A stretch of DNA of 64,000 nucleotides from Desulfatiglandales bacterium. Its GTDB lineage: Bacteria > Desulfobacterota > DSM-4660 > Desulfatiglandales > Desulfatiglandaceae. The DNA is taken from NCBI GenBank assembly GCA_963666345.1, contig OY762721.1:3680001-3744000 (forward strand), in the 5' to 3' direction. Positions 60,375 to 64,000 of this stretch are shown here, one piece after another. The notes beneath the pieces are model-generated. The model ran no database searches and was not told the DNA's origin. It saw only the letters and a program-made list of their open reading frames with translations. Made by a program: the position numbers and the translations under genes. Every line of letters starts with the position of its first letter. The stretch's first letter is position 1.

Positions 60375-62444
60375 ATGAAAACCGTGGTTTTTGCGTATCA
60401 CACAATCGGCTGCATAGGCATAGACGCCCTTCGCAGGAATGGATTTCAGGTCCACGCGGTCTTTACCCACAAGGACAGCCGTGAAGAAAACATCTGGTTT
60501 AAATCGGTCGCCGAACACGCCGCCCTCCGCGATATACCCGTATTCGCACCGGAAGATATCAATCATCCTTTATGGGTTGAAAAGATTAAAGAATTGGAAC
60601 CGGATATAATATTTTCCTTCTACTACCGCAATCTGGTCGGAAAGGAGATCCTCGATATCCCGTCTCAAGGCTGCCTTAATCTGCACGGGTCGCTGCTTCC
60701 CGGATACCGCGGCAGATGCCCTATCAACTGGGCCATAATCCATGGTGAGGAAGAAACGGGCGTAACCCTTCACTATATGACACCGGAGCCCGATAAAGGC
60801 GATATCGTAAGTCAGGAAAGATTCCCCATATCCGACGAGGATACCGCAAAAACGGTTTTTGGAAAGGCGGAAGAGGCCTCGGCAAGGATGCTGGATAGAA
60901 TTCTTCCGGACATCAGGGACGGCAGAGTCCACCGGATAAGTCAGGATAATTCCAGGGCGACCTATTTCGGAGGCAGATGTCCTGAAGATGGAGAAATCTC
61001 CTGGAAAAATTCGGCGCCGGCAATAAGAAACCTTGTGAGGGCCGTGGCGGATCCATATCCGGGCGCCTTCAGCTATGTGAGAAACAGGAAATGCATGTTC
61101 CAGGCTGTTACTGCTTTGCCTATTGCAGATGAGAAGGCATCTCCAGGCGCTGTCATATCAACGGACCCGTTGCTGATCGCGGCTTCGGAAGGGTCGGTGA
61201 GAATTGATATTTGCCAGCCCGCCGGTTCCGTTTGTATGACCGGAAGGCAGCTTTCCAGAGAACTGGGACTGGTAAAGGGTATGCGCTTCGGAGCCTGCGC
61301 CGATAAACGGATGGAGGGGAAGAGAAAGAAAAATGTCCTCATCCTGGGTGTGGACGGATTTATCGGGAACGCTTTGACCGAGAGGCTGCTTGATTCAGGC
61401 AGGTACAGGGTTCATGGCCTTGATTTAAACTCCGGATCCATATCGCGATTTTTGGCCAGGAAGGATTTCCATTTTTTCGAGGGTGATATTTCCATCCACA
61501 GGGAATGGATCGAATACCAGATAAAGAAGTGCGATGTCGTGATCCCCCTTGTGGCAATCGCCACGCCGATTGAATACACCAGAAATCCCCTGAAGGTATT
61601 CCACCTTGATTTTGAGGAAAACCTGAGGATTGTCCGTTACTGCGTCAAGTATGGGAAAAGGATTGTCTTCCCCTCCACATCCGAGGTCTACGGCATGAGC
61701 GAGGAAGACGAGTTCAATGAGGATAGTTCCTCACTGGTTCTTGGACCCATCAGGATGCAGAGATGGATCTATTCATGCAGTAAACAGCTCCTCGACAGGG
61801 TTATCTGGGCCTATGGTCAGGAAAAAGGGCTACAGTTCACGCTTTTCCGCCCCTTTAACTGGATAGGCCCGAGACTCGATAGCCTCGACTCTGCCCGCAT
61901 AGGCAGTTCAAGGGTCATTACCCAGCTTGTCCTTAACCTGGTGGAAGGCTCCCCCATACAGCTCGTAGATGGAGGTCTTCAGAAACGCTGCTTTACTGAT
62001 GTCTCAGAGGGAGTGGAATGCCTCAAGAGAATCATCGATAATGACAACGGGGTCTGCAACGGTCAAATTATCAACATAGGAAACCCTGAAAATGAGTTGA
62101 GCATCAGGGATCTTGCCCGGTTGCTTCTGGAGAAATTCAATAAACACCCTCTGCGTTCCCTTTTCCCTCCCTTTGCAGGATTCCAGGAGGTTGAAAGCGG
62201 GGTCTATTACGGAGCAGGGTATCAGGATCTTCAGCACAGAAGACCCAGCATCAAAAACGCGAGGAGGCTCGTCAAATGGGCACCTGTGGTGGACCTGGGG
62301 ACCTCCGTGGAGCGGACCCTTGATTTTTTTCTCAGGCAGGCCGCCGGGGTCAAGGTGGTGAAAAAGGATCTGAAGCGACCGATTCAACCTGTCTTGATTC
62401 GTTCTTTTTCCGCCGGGACTCTGCCCCAGGATTGCCTTCCATGA
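60375..62444 (+). CDS. arnA: Bifunctional UDP-GlcA oxidase/decarboxylase and UDP-Ara4N formyltransferase
   Basis: NLHGSLLP formyltransferase domain; GVDGFIG, STSEVY and YSCSK. Confidence 0.97.
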   Translation: MKTVVFAYHTIGCIGIDALRRNGFQVHAVFTHKDSREENIWFKSVAEHAALRDIPVFAPEDINHPLWVEKIKELEPDIIFSFYYRNLVGKEILDIPSQGCLNLHGSLLPGYRGRCPINWAIIHGEEETGVTLHYMTPEPDKGDIVSQERFPISDEDTAKTVFGKAEEASARMLDRILPDIRDGRVHRISQDNSRATYFGGRCPEDGEISWKNSAPAIRNLVRAVADPYPGAFSYVRNRKCMFQAVTALPIADEKASPGAVISTDPLLIAASEGSVRIDICQPAGSVCMTGRQLSRELGLVKGMRFGACADKRMEGKRKKNVLILGVDGFIGNALTERLLDSGRYRVHGLDLNSGSISRFLARKDFHFFEGDISIHREWIEYQIKKCDVVIPLVAIATPIEYTRNPLKVFHLDFEENLRIVRYCVKYGKRIVFPSTSEVYGMSEEDEFNEDSSSLVLGPIRMQRWIYSCSKQLLDRVIWAYGQEKGLQFTLFRPFNWIGPRLDSLDSARIGSSRVITQLVLNLVEGSPIQLVDGGLQKRCFTDVSEGVECLKRIIDNDNGVCNGQIINIGNPENELSIRDLARLLLEKFNKHPLRSLFPPFAGFQEVESGVYYGAGYQDLQHRRPSIKNARRLVKWAPVVDLGTSVERTLDFFLRQAAGVKVVKKDLKRPIQPVLIRSFSAGTLPQDCLP

Positions 62445-63352
62445 ATATAGGCCTCAGGATAGATGTGGATACCCTTAGAGGCACCAGATATGGTGTGCCT
62501 TCACTTTGCAGGGTGCTGGCGGCCCACTCGGTCAGGGCGACATTTTTTTTCAGCGTCGGTCCAGATAATATGGGCCGCAATCTGTGGCGACTCCTGAACC
62601 CGGCCTTTTTGTCAAAGATGCTCAGGACGGAGGCCTCAGACCTTTACGGCTGGGACATCCTTTTAATGGGAACATTGGGTCCAGGTCCCCTGATATGGAA
62701 AAGAACCGCCGACGTCATTCATGCCGCCGCAAAAGAGGGCCACGAGGTCGGTCTTCATGCATGGGATCACTACCGCTGGCAGAGGTACATAGAAAAAATG
62801 GATGCCCTTGAGATCTTTAGAGGGCTTGAAACGGGCTTTAAGATCCTGACCGATATTACGGGGAGTCCCCCTGTCTGTTCCGCAGCGCCTGCCTGGAAAT
62901 GTACGGATGAGGCCCTCCGTGCAAAGAGTGGGCTCCCATTTCTTTTTAACAGCGACTGCAGGGGTAAAAGCGTTTTTCTGCCGGTTCCCGAATCCCCCCA
63001 TGCGGTTCAGCCGCAGATACCGGTAACCCTGCCGACCTATGACGAGGTCATAGGAAAGGATGGCATAACTGATTCAAACTATAATGATTACCTGCTGTCT
63101 GTGATAAGTGAAGAAGGCATTAATGTCCTGACCATCCACGCGGAAGTGGAGGGAATCGCCCGTCTGAAGCTGTTCGGTTCCTTCATGAAAAAGGCCCGGG
63201 AAAAAGGTGTGACCTTCTCTACCCTGGGAGACCTGCTGCCGTTGATGGGTGATTTGAATAGTCACCACATAGAAAAAAAGGAATTTTCAGGAAGAGAGGG
63301 ATGGGTATCGGTTCAGATGGAAAGAAAAGAAGTGAAGGATAAAAGGGCGTGA
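62441..63352 (+). CDS. arnD: Ara4FN deformylase
   Basis: LRIDVDT, GPDNMGR, HAWDH and TIHAEVEG. Confidence 0.95.
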   Translation: MNIGLRIDVDTLRGTRYGVPSLCRVLAAHSVRATFFFSVGPDNMGRNLWRLLNPAFLSKMLRTEASDLYGWDILLMGTLGPGPLIWKRTADVIHAAAKEGHEVGLHAWDHYRWQRYIEKMDALEIFRGLETGFKILTDITGSPPVCSAAPAWKCTDEALRAKSGLPFLFNSDCRGKSVFLPVPESPHAVQPQIPVTLPTYDEVIGKDGITDSNYNDYLLSVISEEGINVLTIHAEVEGIARLKLFGSFMKKAREKGVTFSTLGDLLPLMGDLNSHHIEKKEFSGREGWVSVQMERKEVKDKRA

Positions 63353-64000
63353 AAAGATATTTAATGCAGGCCATATTGATTTTTTTGCTGATCTATATGC
63401 TGCCTCTCGGATTTCGCCCTCTCATAGCACCTGATGAGGTTCGTTATGCCGAGATTCCCAGGGAGATGCTCGACACGGGAGACTGGGTGGTTCCGAGATT
63501 GAACGGCGTCGACTATTTTGAAAAACCGGTATTCGGATATTGGATTAATGCCGTTTCCATCTCCCTTCTGGGTGAGAACGCCTTTGCAGTTCGTCTTCCT
63601 TCCGCCGTTGCCGCGGCGCTTGCGGCGCTGGCGCTTTTTTTGTTTATGAAGAGGTTTTGCCTTGATCGCCTTGCTTCGGCATTCACCGCGCTGATTTTTC
63701 TCACTTTCATGGAGGTGAATCTTGTAGCAACGATCAACGTACTTGACAGCGCTTTTTCTCTATTTATGACAGGCGCGCTCGTATTATTTTTTTCCGGGCA
63801 CATGGAAGGGAACGTAAGAAAGAGGAACGCTTTTCTGGCATTGGCCGGAGTCATGTGCGGGCTTGGCTTTCTTACAAAAGGATTCATAGCCTTTGCTATT
63901 CCCCTGTGCGTGGTAGTGCCCTTTATCATATGGGAGGGCCGTTTTAAGAAATCTTGCGTTTTTCTGGCTGTTCCGGCGGCGTTTGCGTGCATTATCGCGC
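63349..64000 (+). CDS. arnT: ArnT lipid A Ara4N transferase (partial, runs off the window)
   Basis: PDEVRYAEIPREM..GDWVVP...YFEKP and LTKG. Confidence 0.92.
   Translation, partial: MKRYLMQAILIFLLIYMLPLGFRPLIAPDEVRYAEIPREMLDTGDWVVPRLNGVDYFEKPVFGYWINAVSISLLGENAFAVRLPSAVAAALAALALFLFMKRFCLDRLASAFTALIFLTFMEVNLVATINVLDSAFSLFMTGALVLFFSGHMEGNVRKRNAFLALAGVMCGLGFLTKGFIAFAIPLCVVVPFIIWEGRFKKSCVFLAVPAAFACIIA

Noticed and set aside
63513..63992. 159-aa minus-strand ORF
   Set aside because: Antisense to arnT, which the ORF track missed because it has no stop codon in the window.

Overview
A 64 kb bacterial chromosome segment. Gene content suggests an anaerobic deltaproteobacterium (Desulfobacterota-like); this is inference. 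Bases 1-3.8 kb end a prenyl-FMN-linked operon (acyl-CoA ligase, LMW-PTP-like, UPF0261/Tm-1-like, LpdD-like, UbiX). From 3.8 to about 43 kb is a heavily remodelled accessory region. It holds an uncharacterised, apparently sigma-54-driven operon (membrane protein, PLA2-motif protein, lipoprotein), at least 8 helically phased copies of an 18-bp palindrome TGCACA-N6-TGTGCA, vapBC and higBA, a RAYT element with inverted-repeat ends plus non-autonomous derivatives, an IS200 inside a flavoprotein gene, an IS21 inside tctB of a sulfatase/HAD operon, a decayed MGMT gene with UGA at the catalytic Cys, a caspase-family lipoprotein and several gene remnants. From 44 to 64 kb is core-like: polA, a CoA-activase pair, RNase E/G, an M48 protease, a CusRS-like two-component system, an ICMT-family gene and arnBCADT (arnT runs off the end). 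No rRNA, tRNA or CRISPR array was seen. All assignments come from reading motifs by eye; no database searches were run.
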